Below, one piece after another: positions 37,250 through 48,345 of a DNA stretch of 64,000 nt. The DNA is taken from contig JANJGN010000071.1 of the NCBI GenBank assembly GCA_026770705.1, positions 2,480,001 to 2,544,000 on the forward strand. The letters run 5' to 3'. This DNA comes from Isurus oxyrinchus. Lineage: Eukaryota. Position 1 is the stretch's first letter, and the number at the start of each line of letters is the position of its first letter. Below the pieces are notes generated by a model. The model was not told where the DNA came from. It was given only the letters and a program-made list of their open reading frames with translations, and made no database searches. The position numbers and the translations under genes are program-made.

Positions 37250-37977
37250 GTAAGTGCTGTGTTATAATTACTCAACAATTCACATACAACACTCAATGGG
37301 AAACAACACAAACTGTGACGTTTACATATTAACACAAAACACAGGTTATTATAACACACTGTCTGATTCTCAATAACCTGGTGATAGCTTCCAGTTCACT
37401 CCTAAAGCAACCTCTAATACTCACTTTAATATCAATGATTAAATGTATTGACTGTGTCCATCAATGTTATCAGGTTATCCACTCCCATCGATCTCTCTAA
37501 TCCTGTCTCGAAGTCTGACTTAGCGACAGAAGAAAGATTCACAATTCTGTAGCACTTTTCACCACCTCAGCATGGACCAAATCACTTCACAGCCAATGAG
37601 CTGATTCCTGAATTGTAGTTACTATTGTAATGTGGGAAACACAGCAACCAATTTGTGCACAGCAAGCTCCCACAAATTGCAAAGTAAAAAATGGCCTAGA
37701 TCGCTGAGGGACTGATGGGTTAGTGCACTCCAAACTCTGGTCTGCTCCACCACCCTCACCCACTATTATCAGTTCAAGTGTCTCGGAGTGAACGTGTATT
37801 AAGCTGAGAGACAGAAACACCAAAGTCTCAAAGCAGGAAATTCTCTCCTAATCATTGTAACCTCTCAGATCTGATATCATCCTTGTAAAAGTGCTTTCTC
37901 TTGTGGGACTGTGATTTCTATTTGAACTGATACTTCACGTTATATTTCTCTAAAAGGATCCATTCTCTGTCTGTTAG

Positions 37978-38274
37978 ATTTCACAGATAAACCCATGATA
38001 TTCCCTGCTGAAATTATTGCAGGAAAGCGTGTGGATGTAAGCTGCACCTTCAACACAACGTGCAATGGAACAGCAGCACCTGTCTTAACCTGGGACACTC
38101 CCACTGACGTACCTGGATCAGTCTCAAACACTGTAACTCAGCATGGTGTCACTCTGACCTATACTTCTGTTCTGACCCTGATCCCATCACTCAAACACCA
38201 CGGACACACTCTCAGCTGCAGAGTGAGATATCCATCTGTTTCATCGGAGCGGACCCTCGTACTAACTGTGCAAG
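37978..38274 (+). CDS. Siglec domain-2 C2-set exon DFTDKPMIFPAEIIAGKRVDVSCTFNTTCNGTAAPVLTW...LSCRVRYP...LVLTVQ
   Basis: Acceptor ctgtctgttag, donor caag|gtaaga, 297 nt, phase 1-1; extra Cys (TTCNG) for the V-C2 inter-domain bond typical of Siglecs. Confidence 0.9.
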
Positions 38275-38599
38275 GTAAGAACGGACACCCTTCATTCTAC
38301 ATCAGCACTCCCTCAGCGCTGACCCTCTGACAGTGCAGCCCGTTCTCAGTGTCCACATTCTCATGCCTCTCAAAGTGCTTCACAGTCGATAGAAGTTAAC
38401 TGATCTTTATTTGATTGTTGCTGAATGAAGAGACAAGCTGTCTAAACTTTGCATCTCACACACATTATTTTCCATGGCAACACCTCCTCCAATCAGAGAC
38501 CACTTGCTGATTAACCAGCACTCTCTTCCCTTTAAATATAAATTGTTGTTCACTTTCTGTTGGTAAACCTGCAATCTGTCTTGTTGAGTCCGGTCCTGA

Positions 38600-38749
38600 C
38601 ATCTGAATATCACAATGAACAGAACAAGTTCCAACAATGAGCTGTGGTTGGTGATTCCTCACGTTACATCCAGGGACACTGGAGACTATCAGTGTGCTCA
38701 GAGAATGAACATGGAGCAGTGGAGGGGTTCATAACCATCACTGTGGAAC
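38600..38749 (+). pseudogene. Broken third Ig exon (3' half only, frameshifted)
   Basis: HLNITMNRTSSNNELWLVIPHVTSRDTGDYQCA, 1-nt shift at ~38699, then ENEHGAVEGFITITVE with donor c|gttagt. 5' half and acceptor are absent. Confidence 0.75.
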
Positions 38750-39863
38750 GTTAGTTAAGACAAACTTCAACATCTCTCTCAGATTGAGACACTACAAAAA
38801 CACACATAAATATCCAGCCTTAAACAGACACCTGCAGACACACAATCCCACATCTATGAGCACACACAAAGGCACACTCACAAACAAACACACTAGCACA
38901 TACTCCCCTGTGGATTACCTGACCTCCCTCAGTGCTGCACCGGAGAGTTGACCTGGATTCTGGGATTTGTGTTCCCTTTCATATTTATGGAAGAATATGG
39001 AAATTGCAAAGTCTATTACAGACACTCAGATGCACAGAGATACTCACAGATACTCTCTGCCTCTCCAACTCTCTATCCTACTTTAAGAACCTTCCTGAAA
39101 TCTAACTCTTTGACCAGTCACCTGTCCCAATTCCTCCTTACGTGATTTTGTGTGAAATTTTGTTTGAGTATCTGAGAGTAAGAGGGAAGTGGAGAGGTTT
39201 AGGAAGGGAATTCCTGTTGGTGAAAAGCTTACATCAAGTTCTCAGCTTTCCAGTGCCCATTTTTCACATGATGTCCATGTTCATAATGGGGATTGCCTAT
39301 GTAAACATCACGCTGTAGTTACACTCTCCCACCAGTGGTAGCACGGTAACACTTAACCCTTGCATCTCCAAGCTTTTCAAGCAATTTCACTTCCTAATTT
39401 GCTACTATTCACCTTAACCAGTCCCTGTGGGAGCGAGTTCCATATTCTCCCCTCTCTCTGGGTAAAGATTGGAACTGTTTATTAAGCGGGGGGTGTAAGT
39501 CCGTGTGGGAGTCCATCCCGATACTGCCCGATTCGCACACACGTCCGAGATGGATTTCCACCCTGCACTAAACGTTTCCAGAATTTTCTACAGCACAATC
39601 CTGTACACAGCGATGGAGAGAAACATTGGACAGGGAGTCCAACAGCACAATGATCCATTCTCACCAATGTTCCACGCTAAGGGGAAAGTTCCGATTGTCC
39701 ACTCTTAGAGTGTTTACAATGAAAACATTCATTCCACATTGAATTCCAGTGGATGGGTCAATATTACAGCAAATGTTGCAGTGATATGAAGCTTGATTGT
39801 TCAGCCAGAGTGAGAGATTGAAAGCGGAGAGTCAGTGATGATTTCTTTCTGTGTGTTCTCTAG

Positions 39864-40003
39864 ACAGTGGAGGAGAGATTCTGCACGTGATCCTGATCCT
39901 GGGAATACGAGCTGTGATATTCCTTGTGGCTGTGGTTATCACTATCGCTGGAGTCTGTGTCTGGGAGAGACAAACAGTGAAAGGAAGTCGACAGCCTGTT
40001 TGA
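39864..40003 (+). CDS. Terminal transmembrane exon SGGEILHVILILGIRAVIFLVAVVITIAGVCVWERQTVKGSRQPV* with intramembrane Arg
   Basis: Acceptor tttctttctgtgtgttctctag, phase 1, hydrophobic stretch with CGA (Arg) at 39908-39910, TGA at 40001-40003, aataaa at 40387. Confidence 0.8.
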
Positions 40004-40734
40004 AGCTTTGTACAGCAACAATCTGGTCAGTCAGTGCGGACAAATAACGTGTGATGTTGGGTTATGTTGTAATGAAACTGGTCAGTGTCCTGGTTAGAAT
40101 CATCTCCGTATCATCGAGTCATTCCAGCAATGGAGGAGGACATTTGGCCCATTGAGTCTATGCTGTCTCTCTGTAAAGCAATCCACTCAGTCCCATCCCC
40201 CGCTCTATCCCCGTATCCCTGCAAAGTTATTTCCAATTTCCGTCCAATTTCCTTTTGAAATTGTTCATCGAGTAGGAATGAACAGAAATGTGACGTTGCT
40301 AAACTCTGTTCTCTGATTGGAATGTGCTTTCTGAATGCTGCACCATTTTCATGCTGCGATAGATTGTAAGAAGCATTTGGGTTATGAATAAAATTACATT
40401 GATTAACACAAGTGATTAAAATGCTCAGCCTGTTCTGTAGATATTTAAAGATTAAAATTCTTGTTTTGCTGCAAAATACTTGGCTCAAAGACATAGCTTC
40501 CTGTTGTCACGTATTCCAATCAGATGAATTCCTCTGTCCATCTTTATAATAGAAATTTCCAATGTAAACATGTCACATTGTAACTGCACACTCTTGCCAG
40601 TGGGTGGTGTGATACCAAAGCTGTCTTGCTGCAGAGAAACAGAGAGAAATATTCCTGTTGTGTGCATGAACTTCATGTTAGCATGAGACACAGGCATCAG
40701 ATGAAATTTTGTGCAATTTGTACAATGTTCTTTA

Positions 40735-41350
40735 GACAGTGCAGCACTCCCTCAGATCAGACCCTCCGACAATGCAGCACTCCCTCAGTTCAAACCCTCC
40801 GACAGAGCAGCACTCCCTCAGTTCAAACCCTCCGACAGTGCAGCACTCCCTCAGTTCAGAACCTCCGACAGTGCAGCACTCCCTCAGTTCAGACCCTCCG
40901 ACAGTGCAGCACTCCCTCAGTTCAGACCCTCCGACAGTGCAGCACTCCTTCAGTTCAGACCCTCCGACAGTGCAGCACTTCCTCAGTTCAAACCCTCCGA
41001 CAGTGCAGCTCTCCCTCAGTTCATACCCTCCGACAGTGCAGCACTCCCTCAGTTCATGCCCTCCGAAAGTGCAGCACTCCCTCATTTCAGAGCCTCCGAC
41101 AGTGCAGCACTCCCTCAGTTCAGACCCTCCGACAGTGCAGCACTCCCTCAGTTCATACCCTCCGACAGTGCAGCACTCCCTCAGTTCAGACCCTCCGACA
41201 GTGCAGCACTCCCTCAGTTCAGAGCCTCCGACAGTGCAGCACTCCCTCAGTTCAGAGCCTCCGACAGTGCAGCACTCCCTCAGCTCAGACCCTCCGACAG
41301 TGCAGCACTCCCTCAGTACTGAACCTCCGACAGTGCCGCACTACCTCAGT
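40735..41350. repeat. 33-bp minisatellite (gacagtgcagcactccctcagttcagaccctcc), about 18 copies
   Basis: Direct reading; 11-aa periodic ORFs. Confidence 0.95.
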
Positions 41351-42839
41351 TCTTCTCTGCCGATGCTGCCAGACCTGCTGAGTTTTTCCAGGTATTTCTG
41401 TTTCTGTTTTGGATTTCCAGCATCTGCAGTTTTTTTGCTTTTAGTGCTGGGCAGTTCCTCAGCAAGGATTCGGGCCACAAAACATTGCGAGTGCTGTGGG
41501 TCTGCGCCACGATTTAGAGAGCTGTGCTTGGCACGCCTATTCTAGTCCCAGTCCAGTGTGGTGGGGACAGCCTGGCAGTCCTGGGTTGGTGGTGCCCAGC
41601 ATGGTGTGAGTGACGTGGTCAGTCGCTCACACACGTCGGTCCTGGGGGTGGGTGGCTTGATACTAGGCCGCAGGTGGCACAATCCCAGTCAGGGGAGGCA
41701 TCTGCAGCCTGTCAGTGGGGAGCAGGTAATATAGAGAGTAGGGGTGGGGGTGGGAATCGAGGGGGGCCGGTGGTCTCTGTAAGTCACAGTACAATGGGCC
41801 TCTAGTTGGAGAGAGGTCAGGTCTACATGGGGCATTGGGATGTCAACATCAGACAGTCTAGGGAGGAGGACTGGGATGTCAACCCCGAACACAATAAGAT
41901 CAAGGATTAGAGAGGAAGGGAGGAGACTGATTGGAAGGAGGGGAATGTGCACATTATGCTCCTCCAGCACGATGGGAGGGACTGTGATGGTTACGGGAGT
42001 GGGGGGGAGTGACGTGTGAGGGGATAGAAGCTTACCTGGTGGTATTGCCTCAGCCTCACCCTTTTTCAAGCTGATCCAATGTCGCAGTTGAAGAATAAGC
42101 TACAAAACAAATTGGCAGGGGAGGTCTCCCAGGGCCTGTGGGAGACATCACCCACTGCATCTTCGGCCTGTTTGAAGGGGCACCCGAACAATTCCGGCTT
42201 TTCCAAATGATGAGGAAGACACAGCTGCACCCCGAGTCCCCTACTGGGGATCCAGAAGGTTGCAATAGCGCTGCGAGGGACTCATGGGCTCCACAGTGAC
42301 TCCCTAATTAGCGACTGGAAGGTTTATGTTCATTTATCTTTATTATCCGTTCATATTGAGCAATGGAGCTCCTGATTTGTCACCTTTCTGTACCTCGTCC
42401 AATGCTTCTGTTATCAGGACTTCCACATCGATGTGAAAGAGCCATGATGATAGCAGACAGTCGCACAATGGGAATGGCACTAGGCCAGTGATCCAGAGGC
42501 CCAGGTGAATGCTTTGAAGGCACGGGTTCAAATCCCACCACGGCAGCTGGAGGAATTTCAATTCGATTAATCAATAAATTTAATTGATTGATACATTTTT
42601 TTCTTATTCATTTCAGGGATGTTGGTGTCGTTGACTAGGCCAGTATTTGTTGCCCATCCCCAATTGCCTTTGAGAACATCTGGATATCTGAGTTAGGATC
42701 AGGAGTAGGTCACTCAGTCACTCGAACCTGCTCCGCCATTCAGTAAGATCATGGCTGATCTGATTGTCACCTCAACCTCACATTCCTGCCTACCCCCAAT
42801 GACCTTTCACCCCCTTGTTAATCAAAATGTATCTAGCTC

Positions 42840-44800
42840 TGTGGAAGGGGAGCCAATCAATCGGGCTGCTTTGTCCTGGATGGTGTCGAGCTTCTTGAGT
42901 GTTGTTGCAGCTGCACTCATCCAGGCATGTGGAGAGTATTCCATCACACTCCTGACTTGTGCGTTGTAGATGGTGGACAGGCTTTGGGGAGTCAGGAGGT
43001 GAGTTACTGTCTGCAGGGTTCCCAGCCTCTGACCTGCTCTTGCAGCCATAGTGTTTATATGGCTGGTCCAGTTCAGTTTCTGCTCAATGGTAACTCCCAG
43101 GATGTTGATATTGGGGGATTCATTGATGGTAATGCCATTGAATGTCAAGGGGCGATGGTTATGAATGGTCTGTGGAATATTCTGGTACAAAATTTCAACA
43201 CTCGGACTCCAGATGCAATATTCAAGTGGTTCCTTTATTAGGCATGTGGGGAGCAAACGCTGGGCAGTCCAGGTGCTTCTCCACCGAGGTTCAAATGAGC
43301 ACAGTTTATATATTTTTTACTCTCAGTTACAAGGTAATGGTATTAGTTAGACAAAGGCCACAGCACAATGACCCTCCGGTGGGCTGATAATTGTGTTCTT
43401 GTACAGTAATTACAGGGCAGAGACTGGCTATTGTCCTTTTGAGACAGCAAAGAATCTATGTTTGTTCAATACAAAAGGTTTCCGAGGGCTGACTGGATGT
43501 GGTTCAAGGCCATCGGACGGTGTGAAATAACCTTCCCCATTTCTTGATTGAGTCACCCAGTGTCCTTGTGTGTGTGTCTCCCATTTCCTCATTGCAAATT
43601 TCCAACTGAGCCCTTTGTACAGGTTTTTAAGTTTTCACGTAAGGATGTGTACGCTTTGGCGCCCTAGCTGCTGGTCCTGGCTGGCTCTTGAACATAAATC
43701 CAAATTTTCTGCACCTTCAATTAGATTCTCTCTTGTTGGAGCTGGTCATTGCCAGGTACTTGTGTGGCATGAATGTTACTTGTCACCTGTCAGCCCAAGC
43801 CTGGATGTTATCCAGGTCTTGCTGCATTTGGACATAACTTGCTTCAGTATCTGAGGAGCCGTGAATGGTGCTGAACATTGTGCAAACATCAGCAAACATC
43901 CCCACTTCTGACCTTATGATGGAAGGAAGGTCATTGATGAAGTAGTTGAAGATGTTTGAGCCTAGGACACTACCCTGAGTAACTCCTGCAGTGATGTCCT
44001 GGAACAGAGATGATTGACCCCCAACAATCACAACCATCGTCCTTTGTGCTGGGTATGACTCCAAGCAGCGGGGAGTTTTCCCCCGATTCCCATTGACTCC
44101 AGTTTTGCTCGGGCTCCTTGATTTGCCACACTCAGTCAAATGCTGCCTTGATGTCAAGGGCAGTCCCTCTCACCTCTGGAGTTCAGCTCATTTGTGCATG
44201 TTTGAACCAAGGCTGTAATGAGGCCAGGAGCTGAATGATCCTGGTGGAACACAAACTGAGCGTCAGTGAGCAGGTTCTTGCTAAGCAGGTGCTGCTTGCA
44301 AGCGCTGTTGATGACCCCTTCCATCACTTTAGTAATGATCAAGAATAGACTGCTGGGGAATTGGCTGGGTTGGATTTGTCCTGCTTTTTGTGTACAGGAC
44401 GTACCCCATAGCCGGGTAGTTGCCAGTGTTGCAGCTGTACTAGAAAATTCCAGAAAAGCTTGGCTAGGGGCGCAGCAAGTTCTGGAGCACAAGTCTTCAG
44501 TACTATTGCCAGAATATTGTCAGGGCCTGGAGCCTTTGCAATATCCAGTGCCTTCAGCCCTTTCTTGATGTCACATGGAATTAATCGAATTGGCTAAAGA
44601 TTGGCATCTCTGATGCTGGGGACCTCCGGAGGAGGCCGAGATGGATCACCCACTCAGCACTTCTGGCTGAAGATTGTTGCGCATGCTTCAGTCTTGTCTT
44701 TTGCACCGATGTGCTGGGCTCCTCCATCATTGAGGATGGGGATATTTGTGGAGCCTCCTCCTCCAGTGAGTTGTTTAATTGTCCACGACTGGATGTGACA
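42840..44800 (-). mobile_element. CR1/L2-group LINE RT fragments interrupted by a ~580-bp insert (43165-43745)
   Basis: GVTQGSVLG..FINDL..MFAD, ILGVTIEQKLNWTSHI, YNAQVRSVMEY. Confidence 0.85.
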
Positions 44801-46639
44801 TCTGGAATGCGAAGCTAGTCTCAGTAATGGTGACCATGAAACTAAGGCCAATTGTTGCAAAAACCCATCTGGGTCACTAATGCCCTTTGGGGAAGGAAAC
44901 CTGCCGTCCTTACCCATTCTGGCCTACGTGTGACTCCTGACCCGCAGCAATGTGGTTGACTCTTAACTGGCCCCTGAAATGGCCGAGCAAGCCACTGAGT
45001 TATATCAAAACCCGCCACAGACCAGTCAAACCAGGCGAACTGCAGCACTTCGAAAAGGCAGCTCAGCACCCCCTTCTCAAGGGGTCAGTCAGGAACAGGT
45101 AACAAACGCTGTCCACATCCCGTGAAAGAATTTTGGTAAAAAGGTAGCCGTGTATCACCACCCACGGCCAGCGCCAACCCCCCCACCCCTACCTGATTGC
45201 ACCAGTTTCAGATTACACCAGGTCAATGAACGGATAGAAACCCAAACCAATGAGATGAGCACAGAGAAGGATCAAGCCAGAGAGAGTTGGTGGGAAGAAT
45301 TGGGAAATCAACAAAAAAGGCAGAGCGGACACTAACACTATAACAAAGTAAAGACCAGAGGAGGAAGGAAGCAAGTGTGAAGAGGAATTGAGAGTAGAGC
45401 TGGTAGGCTGCTTGTCGAAGCCAAGGACCCTCCATAGGTCACACCCACAGTGCTTTTGGGGAGGGAGTTACATGATTTTGACCCAGGATCATCAAGTGTT
45501 GCACTGGCAGAGCCTTTAAAGTAAAGGGACCTTTACTACCCGTGCACCCCCCCCGCCCTACAAAGCTGTTGACCTGCTGAGTCCACCTGTACAGGCAACC
45601 TCCAGACAGTTGGCTACAGAGGCCATTGCAGCTGCTGAATATGACTTCCAGTTTCAAACCCTTCATGAATGCAAGGATGGAGAATTCAGCAGGAATATTC
45701 CTGCACACCCTGTGGCAGATCCTGTAAATAAAAGGGACCTTTACTCACTCCCCAAAGCTGCTGACCTGTTGATTCACATCTACAGGCAACCTCCAAATAG
45801 TCAACTAGAGAAGACAATGCAGCTGCTGAATGTGACTCCTAGTTTTAAACCCTTCACTCTGGAAAGAAGGAATCCAGAGCAATGGCCTCAGTATGATTCT
45901 TCACAGAAACTGATTTTAAATCTCATGTCTAAGTATTATTTTTCCTTTGCTTACATTTTAATCCCTGCACCTGATGGCTTTATCGCTTCAACTTAAATAA
46001 CTTTCAGCAGGAGCCAGGTTCAAATTGAATGGACAAGCTGGCTTGGGGGGCCAAAAGGCCTACTCCTGCTTCTGTTTATTTATGTTGGTGTTGTTATGTA
46101 GTGGAACTAGAGAGGTTATAGCAGTTATGAGAACATTAAGCAAACAGCAGCAAGAATTGAACACCTACGTTGTGGTTTATGAAAAGGTTTTCAACCTGGT
46201 CAACTGGTAAAATCTGTTGAAAGTGGGCTATCATGGCGTGTGCCCTTTGTGAGATATTTGTAACAACGTTCTCGATGTCGGAACAGTTTGCATTGAACAA
46301 AGCTGATCTTTACCCAGAACTTCAGAGGAAGGGGGGACAATTGTTCCCTGGTGTGGGGGGCATGGTGGGGGGGGAGGGTGAGGGGGAGACAAGTAGCCTG
46401 AAATACCAAGCCAGACACTTTGTGAAGACAAAAGTTGTTTATTCATTTTTTTTTACAAATCATAATCTTTACAATTAAAGTCCCGACAAGATAATGGTGA
46501 ATCATGAACACATTGTCGGGGTGAATCTGTGCCCGGGAGCATAAAGCAGCAAAATCAGGAGCCCGCTTTACATCTCTCTGAATTTTAACTATCATTAACC
46601 CCAGTAACATCCATTCAAATGACTTAGTCATAAGATTCC

Positions 46640-47160
46640 TCACACATTCACTTGCACACTCACACACCCATACCCACACAGACACACTGACACACTCACT
46701 CATTCACATTGACACACACTGACACAGTCACACACACCCACACAGACACACTGACACACTCACTCATTCACATTGACACACACTGACACAGTCACACACA
46801 CCCACACAGACACACTGACACACTCACTCATTCACATTGACACACACTGACACAGTCACACACACCCACACAGACACACTGACACACTCACTCATTCACA
46901 TTGACACACACTGACACAGTCACACACACCCACACAGACGCACTGACACACTCACTCATTCACATTGACACACACTGACACAGTCACACACACACACACA
47001 CACACACACGCTGACACAATCACACACATTCACATTGACACGCACTGACAGTCACACATACACACACACACGCTGACACAATCACACACATTCACATTGA
47101 CACACACATATTGACAGTCACACACACACGCTCATAAAGATAGACACAAACACAGTCACG
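46640..47160. repeat. CA-rich ~64-bp tandem repeat
   Basis: Direct reading. Confidence 0.9.
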
Positions 47161-47460
47161 TGAGGTGAATAGTGTCGATGTATTTAAGGGGAAGCTGGAT
47201 AAACACACGAGGGAGAAATGAATAGAAGGATATGGTGATGGGGTGAGATGGAGAAGGGATGGGCGGAGACTCGTGTGGAGCAGAAACACCAGCATGGAGC
47301 AGATGGGCCTAATGGCTTCTTTCCCTGCTGTAAAACGCAGGTAAAGTTTCAGTTGGAATTAATGAACAGGGCCTGTGTGAAATAGATTGCTAAGCAGTAG
47401 ATAAGGAGGGGAGAGGCTGTGGCATGGTGCAGGATGACCTTGCGTGAATGAGGCCAGGGT

Positions 47461-47577
47461 CTAATATCTACAGCAGAGACCACAAGTCTCATTTGGTTCT
47501 CTCCAATTACAGCAGTTACAGCAGAATCTGCAGTGCCGCTGTCTGCTCATTCTCTTCTGGCGCTGCAGCAAGGAGCC
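47461..47577 (-). CDS. hamp: Hepcidin exon 3: GSLLQRQKR/MSRQRHCRFCCNCCNWREPNETCGLCCRY*
   Basis: Acceptor cctcctgcttttccag, furin site RQKR, eight Cys in hepcidin order (C-x2-CC-x-CC...C-G-x-CC), TAG at 47463-47461. Confidence 0.92.
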   Translation of the reverse strand, partial: GSLLQRQKRMSRQRHCRFCCNCCNWREPNETCGLCCRY

Positions 47578-47654
47578 CTGGAAAAGCAGGAGGACAATAG
47601 GTGAGAACATTCCGGAAAGAAAGAAGGCATCATTTCAATCAGGCGCGTCATTGG

Positions 47655-48345
47655 AAGGAGGATGGCGCATTTCTATAGCGCCTTTCCCCTCCTCAGGATG
47701 GCCCAAAGTGTTCCACAGCTGAAGGAAGGACTTTTTCTGAAGTGAGCTCACCGCTGTAATGTAGGAAACGCAGCAGGCAATTCACGCACAGCAAGATCCC
47801 ACAAACAGAAATGTGATAATGGCCCCGATTTTCAGTTTTTTACCAATGTCAGTTGAGGGATAAATGTTTGCCCCAGGAAAGCGGACATAACTCCACCCCA
47901 TCCACCCCCCACCACCCCCTCCACACATACCCCCAACTCCTGACGCACTTCATTTAAATTGTGGCCATGGAATCCTCTACATCCATCTGAGAGGGCAGAT
48001 GTTGTCTCAGTTTAACATCTCATCTGAAAGACAGCGCCTTCAACAGTGCAGCACCCCCTCAGTACTGACCCTCCGACTGTGCAGCACTCCCTCAGTACTG
48101 ACCGTCTGACAATGCAGCACCCCCTCAGTACTGACCCTCCAACAGTGCAGCACTCCCTCAGTACTGGCCGTCTGACAATGCAGCACCCCCTCAGTACTGA
48201 CCCTCCGACTGTGCAGTCCCCCGCCGGTACTGACATTCTGACAGTGCAGCACTCCAAGACTGACCGTCTGACAATGCAGCACCCCCTCAGTACTGACCCT
48301 CCGACTGTCCTGCCCCCCCGCCGGTACTGACCCTCCGACAGCTCG
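47655..48345. mobile_element. Deu-type SINE running into a 33-bp minisatellite (48040-48345)
   Basis: gcatttctatagcgcctttc..gcacagcaagatcccacaaac..catctcatctgaaagacagc, then tandem units; sibling copies at 50030-50620 and 61755-62025. Confidence 0.65.

Larger units (their letters stand above)
33035..37570. repeat. ~2.3-kb tandem duplication, each unit carrying one V exon (~33035-35270 and ~35345-37570)
   Basis: Near-identical units offset by about 2306 nt; ORF pairs 33865/36172, 34558/36865, 34774/37078. Confidence 0.9.

Noticed and set aside
30798-37330. V exons as rearranging Ig/TCR V segments with RSS
   Set aside because: Each V is a complete exon including the G strand and ends in a splice donor. 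It lacks the F-strand Cys, and I saw no heptamer-spacer-nonamer beside any V.
966-38274. Assigning gene symbols CD22, MAG, SIGLEC1 or CD33
   Set aside because: Family features are clear, but orthology cannot be established without a phylogeny.
39835-40047. 70-aa Cys-containing ORF in the track
   Set aside because: Wrong frame; the phase-1 frame gives a clean transmembrane helix.
40626-41545. Long ORFs with 11-aa repeats, and a CRISPR-like appearance
   Set aside because: Head-to-tail 33-bp minisatellite without unique spacers, in eukaryotic DNA with no cas genes.
45520-45860. ~130-bp imperfect direct repeat and 128-aa ORF
   Set aside because: No recognisable domain or splice context; probably repeat debris.
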